Origin: Octopus sinensis
Taxonomy: Eukaryota
Length of the DNA stretch: 64,000 bases
NCBI RefSeq assembly: GCF_006345805.1
Contig: NC_043008.1
Coordinates: 73,656,001-73,720,000 of the forward strand
Reading direction: 5' to 3'
Shown here: piece after piece, positions 37,385 to 51,100 of the stretch
Numbering within the stretch: position 1 is the stretch's first letter
Layout of the letters: every line of letters begins with the position of its first letter
Program-made: the position numbers and the translations under genes
Notes under the pieces: generated by a model
Databases searched by the model: none
Seen by the model: only the letters and a program-made list of their open reading frames with translations
Told to the model about the DNA's origin: nothing

Positions 37385-39243
37385 CATTCAAAGCAGTGAC
37401 AGAAACAAGTGAGGTCCTGGTGCCAAGGAGAAAGAAGGGGAGGAGCGTCAATTCTGCAGACCCACAAGTGTATGCAGCTGAAGAACATCTGAAAGATGCC
37501 AAGGACTTGCTGATCCTACGGGGGAGATGATGAAGGAAGAACTCTGTACCACTTACACCGAGGCCAGAGAGGAGGCACTGATGGAGAAATGTGAAGAGAG
37601 CGGTTGACGGGTCTAGGTGTAAAGAAAGTTGGGTGATCATCAACGAGATTACAGGGAGGAAGTGAGGGAATTCGAGTCAGATCCAGGGAACAGGGCCCGA
37701 GAATAGGACAATTTTAAGACCCTACTAGCAGTGCCACCTTCCACAACCCAGAACATTGGGAAGATCAGGGAGCTGTTTGAGGAACTGGATATTGAGAAGG
37801 GATCCTTCACCAAAGAGGAGCTTCAGAAAGCCAAGAAGATCAAGGAGGACAAGGCCTATAAAGAAGATGGAGTAGCACCAGAGTTGATGAAGAGTTTTGA
37901 TTTTGATGATAGTAAACAGGCACTGGATAAAGGATTTCCTTTGAATCAGTGGAAGATGAGTAACATCGTTACAGTGTCAAGGAAGGGTGATCTCTCTAAC
38001 ACCAACAACTACAGGGGTATCTCGCTGATGTTACTCGTGGTAAAGACCCTCAACAGGATGATACTTAACAGGATCCAGCCCGAGATGCAGAAGCTCAGGG
38101 ACAACCAGAACGGCTTCAGAGAGAGACGATCAACCATCGGCCTATCATAATACCGAGGAGAATATTAGAGGGAGCTAGAGCAAAGATTCTTTCTGCTGTC
38201 TTGGTTTTCGTTGACTTTAGGAAATCCTTTGATTATGTGGAGTGTCACTGCCTGATGACGATCTTACAAGCTTATGAAATCCCCAAGAAGATAGTGGACC
38301 TCATATCACCAACACCAGAGTCCAAGTCATTACACCTGTCGGGATAGGTTCTTTGAAATACTAACTGAAGTGCGTCAGGGAGATGCATTGGCTCCCAACA
38401 TTTTTATCATCGTTTTGGACTATTTTATGCACCTTGCGTTGGAAAAACACCAAGGACTCTGGCTTTACTGTAGAGCAGGAGAGTCAAGGCTAAAAAGTAT
38501 CAGATGCTGAATTTGCTGACGACATAATTCTGGTGACAAATACAGTAAGAGATGCAGATAAGTTGATGCAGGAGGCGGAGACTGTGTCAATGAGTGTGGC
38601 GCTGAAAATGAATGAAATTAAGACAAAATATTTGGTAGAGAACATTAAGAAGTCTGAGAAGATTATGAATGTAGGAGGGAAGCCACTAGAGTTTGTTGAG
38701 GATTTCCTCTATCTGGGAGTAAAGATTAGGAACACAGAAGAGAAACGTCAGGGTGGCATACCACAGTTTGAGATATGTATGGAAGTCGGATATTCGTATA
38801 GACTTGAAAATCCTACTCTTCGTTGCTTCAGTGGAGTCTGTGCTGTTATACGAGTCTGAGACTTCGACACTGACCAAGAATCTCATTCAGATGGTGGGTG
38901 GATGCTACACGAAAATGCTGAGGATGGCTCTGAATATTAATCACTAAACACTGAGGATGAAGAACTCAGAGCTCTACGAGAGCCTCTCAATAGTTAGCTC
39001 CAAAATAACACAGAGGAGGCTGAGGTTAGTTGGACATACTGACCGTAATCCAGAGTTGATACTGTACTCAGTAATTTTGTGGGAGCCCCTACATAGACAC
39101 ACTAGAAGAGGGAGGCCGACGATGACATATATTCAACCCATAAGGACAGACACTGATCTCTAAGAGACACAGGACATGGCGTTAATGATGAAGAGCAAAA
39201 AGCGGTGGAGCGAACTCGTCCATGGATCTCGGTAATTCTAACC
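37385..39243 (+). mobile_element. RTE-clade LINE, 5'-truncated, defective RT
   Basis: KGDLSNTNNYRGISLM and DNQNGFR in 37731..38150; QGDALAP; EFADD near 38515; 3' ORFs 38753..38947 and 38957..39163; ends in (TA)n. Confidence 0.9.
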
Positions 39244-39247
39244 GCGT

Positions 39248-39300
<53 letters not shown>

Positions 39301-39385
39301 CGATGGGCTTCTTTTAGATTTCGTATATCGGTTCCACCTAGAGGACTTTTGTTGGCCAGAAGACATAGTGGAAGATGCGCCTACG
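39301..39385 (-). mobile_element. SINE core fragment
   Basis: Degenerate reverse complement of the agaagccc / ggatttggtagacggaaac core. Confidence 0.5.
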
Positions 39386-39887
39386 TCTCTGTCTTTGTCT
39401 CCCTCTCTCTCCGTCCCTTCTCTCTATACACACACACATATAGATATAGATATATATATAGACACATATATATCATTAAGATAGTGCTTTTGTGGCTATT
39501 GTCTTATTTCTAGCAATACTGGTGCTGAATAGTGCGATTGTTCACTTTAGTGACATATATATTTCTGCCTTTGGGTTGTAAAAAGTTTGAATTAGCACAC
39601 TACTCTTTATGAAATTAGTACCGTTAATGAAATTACACTACGGCTTATGAAATCTTCATGTTTTTCAATAGAGATCATCTAAACTGACAAGCGGAGATGA
39701 GTTTAACATTAGCGCGGTGAGAACATTAAGATGCGTTAAGCATCCGAATGTTAAATCATCGGTGATCTAGCTCTATCTACGATCGTATGGGGTTTGTCAC
39801 CTTTAAGTGCTTATTGTGATCACTGAGTTGTTTTGACTTTTATTTCTAGCAATACTGGTGCTGATTAGTGACCCTGTTCAATTTACT

Positions 39888-39988
<101 letters not shown>

Positions 39989-40102
39989 TAGTTAGTTAGT
40001 TATCGCCATACTAATATGGCATTCTTATAAAAATAAGAATAAAGCTGTCCGCTTAGATAGATCTTTAATATAGTAATAGAGACTTAGTAATTTTAATATT
40101 TC

Positions 40103-40138
<36 letters not shown>

Positions 40139-40366
40139 TTCGTTTTTATATTTGGCGTGCAAGATTCTCTATGTGAATTCGTGTGTTGAAGCATAGTTTC
40201 GTGTGTCTGGGGAGAGTAATTCTCTTTTAATGCTTTATTAATACACTCACAGGTTCAATTTCCACTCCTTTATTATTTTTCTTCTAAAATCTTCGTTGCT
40301 TTTTGCAACTCCTTGTTGACTTTCAACAACTGTATATATATATATATATTATATATATATATATAT

Positions 40367-40438
<72 letters not shown>

Positions 40439-40773
40439 GTTTTGGGCTAATGGGCATGTGTCAAGTAGTGCGTTGATATGTTGAGTAAAAAGAAAAAAAT
40501 ATATATCTAGATATAATGCCCCAAACTGTCTAAACCCTGCCTTAATCTTAAAATAACTGTGATGATAGATCTTTAATATAGTTATCTTCTGACCATGAAT
40601 TGTAGGCATTACAGCCATCAATGGGGGAGGGTGAATGTGGATGCTTACATCTCTGTGTAGATGTATGTGTGGGTATGTACATGTGTGAACGTGTGCGTAT
40701 ATGCCTATACTCATCCCAACCTATGTTACCAAGTATACCAACCCTTTCGTCCCTCCTCCAGACACTTTCACCA

Positions 40774-41423
40774 TATGTGCTCAGAAGGCTACGTAAAGTT
40801 GGAGAAAGTGTATGGAAAAAGATTTATGTGCCGCACCCCAGTGTACGAGTGGTTTAGACTTTTACAAGATGCCCGAAAAATATCGATATTGACAAACGTC
40901 CTGGGAGACCCGCAACCAGCAGAACTGAGAAAAATATCGTAGATGTGCGTGCAACTGTGAGGGAAAATCGTCGAATCTTCATCCGTGAGTTATCAGAGGA
41001 TGTGCGGATGATTTACTGTTATATTCAGTTTATTATCACTGAAGATTTGGGTATGAGATACGTGTCTGCCAAGTGTGTGTGAAAACTGCTTTCAGCTGAG
41101 CAAAAAAGCACTCGGGCTTCAGTTGCACAAGCCCTGTTTGATTGTGTCGAGAACGATGGAAAATTTTTGAAAACTTTGCGTAGGCTTCTGAGCAGGTATA
41201 ACCCAGCTTTTGGCAAAATTTGATGCAGATTCTGTGCTCAACTTCCTTTGTCAGGGTCAATGCCACAATCACATACTACACACCTTCCTTCCAAGCACTG
41301 CTGTAAACAGCGGAAGTGAGCTAAAACATTAAATATTAGTGTACATGCACAGCAGAGTTCAAGGTCAATCTGTGCCAAGCGCTTCATTCTGCGTGTTTTA
41401 GCTTTCTTGCTTATTGATCAGAC

Positions 41424-41427
<4 letters not shown>
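40774..41427. mobile_element. mariner remnant in two opposite orientations
   Basis: Minus strand 41427->41180: TIR-like TA-TGGTCTGATCAATAAG and N-terminus EHRICIKFCQKLGYTCSEAYAK. Plus strand 40778->41180: KLEKVYG...VYEWF...RPGRP...EDLGMRYVSAK. Confidence 0.85.
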
Positions 41428-41464
<37 letters not shown>

Positions 41465-43359
41465 TTCTACAACAACTCCCGCTACTAATTGCAATAATAA
41501 TTATTAAAATTTTAAAAGAGTGAGAGACATATTAAATAAATTCACAAATAAGTGTGCATTCCAGAAATTGATAAATTTAAGAGGGCAATTTAAATAAAAT
41601 TATTCTTTATGTGTTGCAAGTAAATGCAACAAAAGTCACAAGGGAGACAATGCGAGTTCGCTTGCACATTTTATTTTCATTTTACTGCTCTACTGCACTT
41701 ATATTAAAGTAGTTTGCTACAATGTACGCGTATGATGCCAAGAGTGAAAATAATGCTGACCGACAATTAAATTTAAATCCCAGAGATCATCTAATTTTAG
41801 AAGCTATATTAAGCAAAACGACCTCGGGCAGATAAATGAAATATTAAAATAAATACGAAACATAAGACTCAAGATTTAAATACCAAAATAGAAACAGTGA
41901 AAAAATAACAATATGAAACTGTAAGTATTGAAAACACGACTTAATTAGATATATTTTAGTGCAAACAAAGCAAATTTCAGAAATACCAAAATAACAAAAT
42001 GAAAACTAATAATTTCTACACAGCTATGATTAACAAAAGCCGAAATAGAATTACCGTAACAAAAAATATGAACAGTGGTGATGATTAAAATAATATAAAA
42101 ATGGAAAGTTATTAAGCCGGACAATATCAATAAGACAATCTTCTAAACGTGAAAATATTTACTGAATTAAAGTTGAAAGATCTTATCAACAAATAAATAA
42201 ATGCTCCCTTCAAGATGAAATTTACGATAAAATAGCAACAAAAATAAAGCTGAAACTGATCCATCATTGACATATTGTAAACAGGTTTCAGCGCCATTAT
42301 CATAAGGACAAAGGGCTTTATAAAATGAAAGAACCAGCAAAAGTACTCTCAAAATGGAAAGAGTGCCAACTTAGAACAGGTCAGTCCAGAACATCTAACA
42401 ACGTGTATGAAAAGATTACTGAGAAATGCAAACCAGCTTGAAGAGAGCATTACAGTATAAAATATCAGATCGTAAAATCCATAATGAAATCAAAAAATAA
42501 ACCACGAAAAAGATGAGACAAATGTAGAAATACAAAATAGCAACAACAAAAAGTGAATAAATAACAAAACGAATAAAAATAAGCGCCTGAGATCAAAGAT
42601 GGCATAAAAAGAGACAACTAAATAAACAACTCTGTCGTTGTGAAAAACTGCTACGATCCCGGAAACAAGCAAGCAGTTCGTTTGAAAACAAAAAGGATAT
42701 TAGCAATAATTACTTAAACGTAAAGGAGAACTAATGCAGAAATGAAAGCAAGAAACTGAGAAGAATTTGTAGTGGAGTATTGACTAGACGGAGAAATTAA
42801 TGAGACTATGAAACATTGTGAGAAGTGGAAATACCACTTAATTTCATGTATCGGTAACAGATGGCAATATAGTCTACAAAATATACAGAAATTATCTGAA
42901 TATTGAAGATTTAGATATAGAGACAACCGGAATGTAGCGTTGGAAACAAGCAATCCCATAAATATTAGACTACAATAGTTTATAAGATGTTTTGTGAAAT
43001 AAATAAAATGTTATTTTAGAAAACGGCCGCAATTAAATTTGGAAAAGTAGGAACGGAAACATAAGCAATAATAAGTGAAACAGTAGTGTAATGCTTTACA
43101 TTATATTTCAATATTTCGTGTTAAAATTTATTTATCATGCGATGATAGGGAATGGTGGCAATCTGGAACAGTTAGTATAGTTATGTGATAATGTGGCATC
43201 TTACATGTACAGATTTGTGTTATTACAATACATGGGTTTAGTCCATTAATAAAAATGGAATTTTTACTAATTCTGTTGATGGGATATTTATTTAGAATAC
43301 ATATATTGGTGCTGTATGCATGTTTATCTCCAGAGAGGTATTTTCTGTGTGACATCCCT

Positions 43360-43577
43360 GAAGACTACATCTATATACATAGCTCCTCTCTGCAGATACC
43401 TGCAAGACTTTCAGCCCACACATAGATACTTGCGCCTACAACAAAACACCAGGCTTCAGGATTTTCCCCCTCTACCAATTTAGGGACGATACAACCTCGA
43501 GACAACGAATAAGTAAAGAAACTCTATTTATTACAAAATACAGGCCACTTCTTAACTGGTCTACGACAAACGATTAA
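43360..43577 (+). pseudogene. Penelope-like GIY-YIG endonuclease C-terminal fragment
   Basis: HIDTCAYNKTPGFRIFPLYQFRDDTTSRQRISKETLFITKYRPLLN, resembling the PLE endonuclease end (R...E..FI......LN) as I recall it. Confidence 0.6.
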
Positions 43578-43734
43578 TATACCTCAACTTTAGAATAAAA
43601 GAAATACACACACAAATATTACATTCCAAAGAATCCATTACAAATCAGCCCCAATCACAGCTATAATCCATAACGTGCCAACTTCAAGTCATACAACACC
43701 TCACTACTTTCACCCATTCATATTCTCCCTTCTC

Positions 43735-43773
43735 TTTCTTCTTCTTCTTCTTCTTCTTCTTCTTCTTCTTCTT

Positions 43774-43804
<31 letters not shown>

Positions 43805-44020
43805 TTCATCATTATCATTATCATCATCATCGTTGTCATCATCATCACCATCATCATCATCTTTTTCTTCTCCTTCTCCTTTTCTTCTCCTTCTCCTTCT
43901 TCTTCTTCTTCTTCTTCATCATCATCCTCATCAACATCGTCATCTTCTTCTTCTTCTTCTTCTTCTTCTTCTTCTTCTTCTCCTCCTTCTTCTTCTTCTT
44001 CTTCTTCTTCTTCTTCTCCA
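43735..44020. repeat. (CTT)n/(CAT)n compound microsatellite
   Basis: Seen directly. Confidence 0.95.
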
Positions 44021-44372
44021 CCTTCTACCTCTTAAGTTTATCACTAATGCTTTTTAGTATAACACCTACGCAAATTCCATAAACAAACCTTTCAATAGAA
44101 ATATTCTCCTGAATTGAACTGCAACTGCTAGCCGCCACTGACCATTCAAAATACGACCATCAAGGCACTCCCCCAAAATGTTTTCCACCCCTTCTCCTCA
44201 TCAACCTTCTTCTTCTTCTACCGTACCAAGAATTCACAACGGCCTCGAACACACAAGTGCAAACAAGGGAGACAGAGAAAGGCAGAATGCCACTTATATT
44301 TGAACACTATACAAATATTCCTTTAAAAAAACTTTTCTTTTAATTTTTCTAAATTTAATTATTTAATCGTTA

Positions 44373-44410
44373 CAGTTGAAAAGGTCACAAAATGACCGAA
44401 ACCGGTACTG
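44373..44410 (+). ncRNA. Minimal type I hammerhead ribozyme, U3-A8 core variant, palindromic helix III
   Basis: CAG-UUGAAAA-GGUC-ACAAAAU-GACC-GAA-ACCGGU-A-CUG; predicted cleavage after A44407; ~0.8 kb downstream of the GIY-YIG fragment on the same strand. Confidence 0.7.
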
Positions 44411-44529
44411 AAATGTTCTTTATAAAATTATTTTAGCATTTTCTATTTTGACTTGTTTTTTCATATATATCAACTCGTGTGTTCCTTTTCACCCTTATAC
44501 ATACATATATATATATTATATATATATTA

Positions 44530-44627
<98 letters not shown>

Positions 44628-47129
44628 ACAAAGCCTAATGGTGTGAAGTTTCTAAAACGTCTTTAGGGACAAATAGTTTTCACAATGAATTCCAATTTAA
44701 TCGGAATCTACGTGATCTGAAACATTTGTAGAAAAGAAATATTTTACTTTCTCAAGGCTATGAAGAAGGAAATATTTGGTGCACAATTTTGTAGAGATGC
44801 CGAAATACTTATATCTATACAAGGACGTATATAAAACTAACTCTGTAAAAATGTATGTGTGTATATATTTGTTTGTTTCAGTATGCTTTTATACATGTAT
44901 ATGCAGAAATTTCGGAAGAGATATTAGAATAACGAAATAAAGTCAGTCATAACAAGTGATCTCTCAAAAATCTATTTCCTTAATTTTTAACTACTGTTTC
45001 TGGCACATATTTTTACGAAATTTTGATTTTAAAGTATTTAAAAAACTTACTTGGAAATTATAAAGAGAAACCAACAGTAGATTCGGACTGTCTCTATTTT
45101 AGAACCACATATTAAAAACAAATTGCGTGTGCCAAATTTTTTACTTCAGAAGTTCATAGCTTCATAGGAATAAGTGTGGAAAACTGCAACACGTCAACCA
45201 ATTTTGAGAGTTTTTTTTACTTCCTTTTAAAAAGTGCAGATTTTGTGAATGAAACAAACTAGATCCTGAATAAGAAATGAATGTTTAATACGGCAAATTC
45301 TCAGAATTTTTACGTCATTTTAAAAGGGGGATGATTTTGTGACTCAAGCTAACTAGATCCAGACATAGTGAATACCATCCTGGGCATAAAAATGTCCTCT
45401 TCCCGGGTTACAATAACTTATATGTCAGATTGTTGCACAAGTTCTAAATGTTTTGATAAGAAAAATCGGAAAGGTTTGAAATGATTTAATCTGTATTTAC
45501 TTGCATTGAAGAGCACTCTTTCAATAGACAACACATTGATCTCATAAATGTCGCATGGTGGAAATAAACGCAATTACCAGTCTTTCAATTCATTATTTCG
45601 TTTTTCTTGCATTTCAATTTGTCCATCTGTACTCCCGACTAGGTACAAGTGCATATGTAAAACGACGCCCATTATTTTTTTAATCATTATCTACTGATAT
45701 CAAAATAAGTAGTATATTGAAAAATAAAAATATTTTCTGTGTAGGTGACTCAAAGGGTCAAAATTTGGCCAACATTGTTTGGGAACATTTGCTCTACATC
45801 ATTACATCTGTTGCTATATTAGAGATTACATTGTCATTAATAGGCCACTTTAGCTTAAGTTAGTATGTTCGATGTATAGTGCATAAATGAACCACTGCAG
45901 TCGTTTCCACCGTATAACAAGTTGTGAATACCTCCCTTCTCTTTGATTTAGAGTCAAAACTATATCAGAAATCCTTATGCTGTTGAGGTAGTAAATGTTG
46001 TATTATATATCTAAAATTTACTTCGGAAGAGAAATATGTAAAATGATGTCTTGTGAATGCCTATAGGAGATATTGGTGTGTAATGTTCAATGCCAAAAAT
46101 TTGTTGCAAACTTTTTTTTTCTGCAAAGGCCAAGCCTTTCCACTTCTCAAAAAGTTTAATTAGTTTTTTTTCATGAAAGTTGTGGCTCTGCTTTTTTTTT
46201 CACCCCGTTTTATGATGCTGGGCAAGGTAGGCCCTCGTTTATTTTGGCTCGTAGAAATATATGCTTCTTTACCATCTATTTGAAGTTTGAAATGTCATTG
46301 TTCTTTTAATGCTTGTAATGCGTAGAAAATAGCGTTGCAAACAGGCAATCTTTATATTTCCAGAAATATTGGGAGACGTATGTTATGTTGTGACAGGGTG
46401 ATATAATAGACTTCTTTTTAATCTGCCGCACTGTGGCTTGCTCTGTTTTCCTACCTCTTCTGGCTAAGGTTTTATATAGGGTTTGTTTACTGTTGGATGT
46501 ATTCCGGAATGTTGGTTGCGACGTTCCAGCCAAACTTTATAAAATGTATTTTGCTTTCCCAAGATAAAAGAATGGTTATAGGAATTTTGCTTTTTCTGCT
46601 CTCATTGATTTTATATTCCCTGTTGCTGTTCTTTTAATTTGCTTGTTGCTGTGATTGTTACACATTCGGCCGGTGTTGACTGTATTAATTGTGCTGGAAA
46701 TGGTTGTGATTTACTATAAAGGGACAAAGTAAGTTTCAAAACAACTCTTCAAATCTCTGGTTTAATTCCCTTGATTATTTACCGAAAATTTCGACGCCAG
46801 TTTTATTTTTATTTTTCATTTTTCAAATGGCTGAAATTTAGAAGACGGATCACAAATTCCGCCTTGAAGGTTCAAAAATTTAACATAGTTAGCCAACCTC
46901 ACAAGATGTTCGTTTCCTTGTTAACATGATGGTACAGTAAAAATAGAAATTACGCTTTTGGAAAAATAACTCACGTGCTTCGAAAAGACACACTGCAACA
47001 AGAATAATAATAATAATAATAATAAAAACCCTTTCTACTGAAAGCACAATGTTTGGAATTTTCATAAAAATAATAATGATGATGAAAATTTCTAAATTTG
47101 GCAGATGTCCAGTAATTACCGATGAAGGA

Positions 47130-47300
47130 GTTAGTCGATAACATCGACCCCAGTGCACAACTGGTACTTATATTATCGACCCCAAAGGATAAAAGGTTAA
47201 ATCGACCTCGGCAGAAATTAAACTAAGAACGAAAGGATGAACAAAATGCCGTAAAGCAATTTTCCCGGTATTCTAACGATTCTATCAGCTTGACGCCTTA
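47130..47300 (-). mobile_element. SINE (23974 family)
   Basis: acatcgaccccagtgcacaactggtactta...aaatcgacctcggcagaa...ttctaacgattctatcagcttgacgcctt. Confidence 0.8.
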
Positions 47301-47317
47301 ACAACAACAACAACAAT

Positions 47318-47530
47318 CTTTTCTACTCTGGGAACAAGGCCTGATATTTGGAGAGTGGGGAGCTCGTCCATTAGATCAACACCAAAACGCAACCGGTATT
47401 TGATTTATAAACCCTGAAAACATAAAAGTCAAAGTCGACCTTAGCGGAATTTGAATTCAGAACGTAAAGACGGACGAAATGCCGAAGATCATTTTCTCTG
47501 GCGTGCTAACAATTCTATCGGCTCTCCACC
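47318..47530 (-). mobile_element. SINE (23974 family), second tandem copy
   Basis: tttctactctgggaacaaggcc...gcggaatttgaattcagaacgtaaagacggacgaaatgccg...ggcgtgctaac. Confidence 0.85.
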
Positions 47531-47794
47531 AAGGGCAGCAAGGGTTATCAGGAGGGTTTTAAGCACTTGAAACAGTGCTGAGAACTTAAGGTTACAAGTA
47601 GTAACCCGCTATCCATATAATTCCCACCAGGAATAAGACCCAAACTGAGCCAAATCAAAATAATAATAATAATGCCATTTATTTGCAACCAGGGTGACAG
47701 ATGAGGGGGAATAATACAAAACAGGCATTGAGTGTTGAGATTTACATACAATGAACTGATAAAATACATAAATAGATAAATAATAACAATGATA

Positions 47795-47820
47795 ATAATA
47801 ATTTTAAAAAAATAATAATA

Positions 47821-47881
<61 letters not shown>

Positions 47882-48010
47882 TAATAATAATAATAATAAT
47901 AATATAATAATAATAATAATAATTAAAGATTTAGTGAATGTCATACACGAATAGCTGCGCAACTCAACACCTTGTTAAATGCCGATCAAGTAACACCAGA
48001 TAAATAGATA

Positions 48011-48077
<67 letters not shown>

Positions 48078-48104
48078 TTAATAATAATAATAATAATAAT
48101 TTTA

Positions 48105-48137
<33 letters not shown>

Positions 48138-48163
48138 ATAATAACAATAATAATAATAATAAT
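47795..48163. repeat. Two (AAT)n/(GAT)n tracts upstream of the Dong-like element
   Basis: Seen directly (47795-47925 and 48010-48163). Confidence 0.9.
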
Positions 48164-51100
48164 AAGGACACCGGGGGACGTAAGGACACCGGGGGACATT
48201 TAAGATGTAAGAACGATAGAACAGAGCGCTCCGAAATCTATCCACAAACATCGAAAACAAGGACATCGTATGGAGCCAAAGATTTACTAACAAAGGATTG
48301 GACTGTATCCGAGTAAGTAATACTCATTGACATGTATTACTATTTTCGAAACGAAATGATGTATTTTGACTCGATATCATCTCCACCTCTAACACAACAC
48401 ATGTAAACATGCGTGGAACATTACGATCCATCAACACCAGTTCATCCCCGACCCCAAACACCATGTACACAGGAACTACGAAGAAATTAAATACCACCGA
48501 TATTATTCAACCCAAGTATAACAATCGGGAGGTACGTACTTTAAACTTATAACACAAAATGTACGAAAAACTACACGTGCAAAACAATGTGACAACAGAA
48601 ATGAACGGACCGGTACCCTACGAAAATGACGACCGTCAAAATAATGGGCCGGACGTTGTTCCTCATGTCCCGCAAATAAAACCCAAAAGACATAAATGGA
48701 CACGTGAGGAATACATTTCTATCCTACACGCATACTTCACAGCAGTATTCTACCCAAAAAATGAAAACATAACAACACATACATATAAAATATGGAAGGA
48801 AAATAACATAATATAGACTTGGATACAGCAATGAACCCTAATAAACTAGCTAACTTACGAAGATACATTCACAACGCAAAAAAAGTATCAGAAATAGAAA
48901 TAGAACACCTAAAAGAAAAAATACAGCAGGAAAATGTAGATAGGAGCCACACAACAATGCCCAATAATATAAACATTGAAACAGTAAAACACGAAGACAA
49001 ACGTAACATTCCCAACAAACACGATGTAAACAAAAAAACAACAAACCCAGACCGTAAGGATGCATAATAATACACGACAAACAGCAAGCCAAAACACGGC
49101 AAACAAACATATAAACAAGAAAGAAAGAGACACAAATCTAAAACCTGGAAACAACGAAGGGGAGCCTAATGATTATGATAATATAAAACGTAAAATGGAC
49201 CACCGACCGTACCTCCCAAAAATCAAAATAGACGAAACAACACCAATTATAAACAGCATAAACCTAGCCGTCACGGAACTAATAGCCACTGAAACAAAAA
49301 GCGATATCACTGAGCTAAATGACTTGGTATACGCAGCAGCCACTGCAGCCACAAAAGAAGCTGGATACTCACTCAAACCCATCCTAACAGGAGTACCACC
49401 ACCCAAACAAACCCTGTGGATAAATAACATCCAAAACAAAATACAAAAAATGACAAAAGATCTGTCGATTCTTAATGAAATCAGTGGACAATCAACGCTA
49501 CTGAACAACAAAAAGAAAACAAAAATAATCCGTAGATATACCATCACAGAAAAAGATTTACCTGAGATAAAAGAAAAGCTGAAGCAAGATATCCTTGCCA
49601 AAGCACAAAGGATCCGCCGGTACGAGAAACGCCAGCGCTTCTTTGAACAAAACAAAAAGTTCAACTCCAACCCCAATAAGTTCTACCAAGAACTTGGCAA
49701 AACTAAATTAGAAATCAATGCAGCACCAACGGCAGAAGAAGTGGAAGAATTCTGGAGAGAAATATGGTCGGCGAACGAACAACCAAAAAAAAAAGAAGTA
49801 TTAAAACAACAAACTCAGCATCTGAGCAACTTTGGACCCCCATAACAACTGAAGAGGTCACCCAGACACTGCAAAGACTAAGCAACTGGAAGGCACCTGG
49901 GCATGACAAGATCCCCAACTTCTGGTTGAAATATCTAACAGGAATGCACAAAAGGGTAGCTGAAAACTTTAACAACATACTAGCAGAACCAGAGACAATG
50001 CCTGAATGGCTCACGAAGGAGAAAACCATCTTAATTCCCAAATCAAATCAGACAGCAAAACCAGAAAACTACAGACCAATAACCTGTCTCCCTACAATGT
50101 TCAAGGCATTTACTGCAGTGATATCGCAAAGGTTGAACAAGCACCTGGACGAAAACAACCTGTTCCCAGAAGAGCAGAAAGGATGCCGCAAAGGCTCATA
50201 TGGCTGTAAAGATCAACTAATGATTAATAAAGCCGTAACTGAAGACAGCCACAGAAAGAAGAAAGGCCTCAGTATGGCCTGGATTGACTACAAAAATGCG
50301 TTTGATAGCATCCCCCACACATGGATCCTCGAAACTCTAGCCATTAACAAAGTAGCACCAACAATCATAAAATTCATAGAGCACTCTATGAATAAATGGC
50401 AAACAGTCCTACACCTCCAAACAAAAGAGGGACTCATAAAAACCATAGACATCCCCATTAGAAGAGGAATATTCCAGGGAGACACGCTCTCTCCACTCCT
50501 TTTCTGCTTGGCACTGTCACCTCTATTTGTTATGCTAAATAGAACTGGATGCGGATCGGCAAAACGATCAGCCAACTTTTATATATGGATGACCTAAAAC
50601 TATACGCTGTAAATGACAAACAGCTGGAAACACTATTAAAGACATTTCATGGATTTACCAAGGAAATAGATATGAAATTTGGATTAGAAAAATGCGCCAA
50701 AGTAACCCTGAAAAGAGGAAAACTAGTTAAGAGTAGCAACATCACACTAGATAAAACCAAGGAAATAAAAGAATTAGACCAAAGCCAAACTTAAAAATAC
50801 TTAGGAATCCATGAACTAGATAAGACACAACACACACAAATGAAAGAGAAAATAAAAAAAGAATATTATAGACGAGTTAGATCAATACTAAAAACAAAGC
50901 TCAATGCTAAAAACAAGATATGTATTAACACTTTAGCTGTCCCAGTTATAAGTTACGGCTACAATATCCTTAGCTGGACACTAAATGAACTGACCAAAAT
51001 AGATAGGAAAACAAGAAAAATAATGACAGGATCTAGGATGCATCACCCAAAATCTGACAGAAAGACTATATATACAACGTATAGAAGGTGGTAGAGGCCT

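Noticed and set aside
40280-40335. GTTGC/GCAAC hairpin followed by GAAG on the minus strand
   Set aside because: Core positions 3-5 and 15.1 do not match; too degenerate to call.
48164-48320. HDV-like ribozyme at the 5' end of the RLE LINE
   Set aside because: No recognisable P1/P3 pairing or L3 motif by eye; a descriptor search would be needed.
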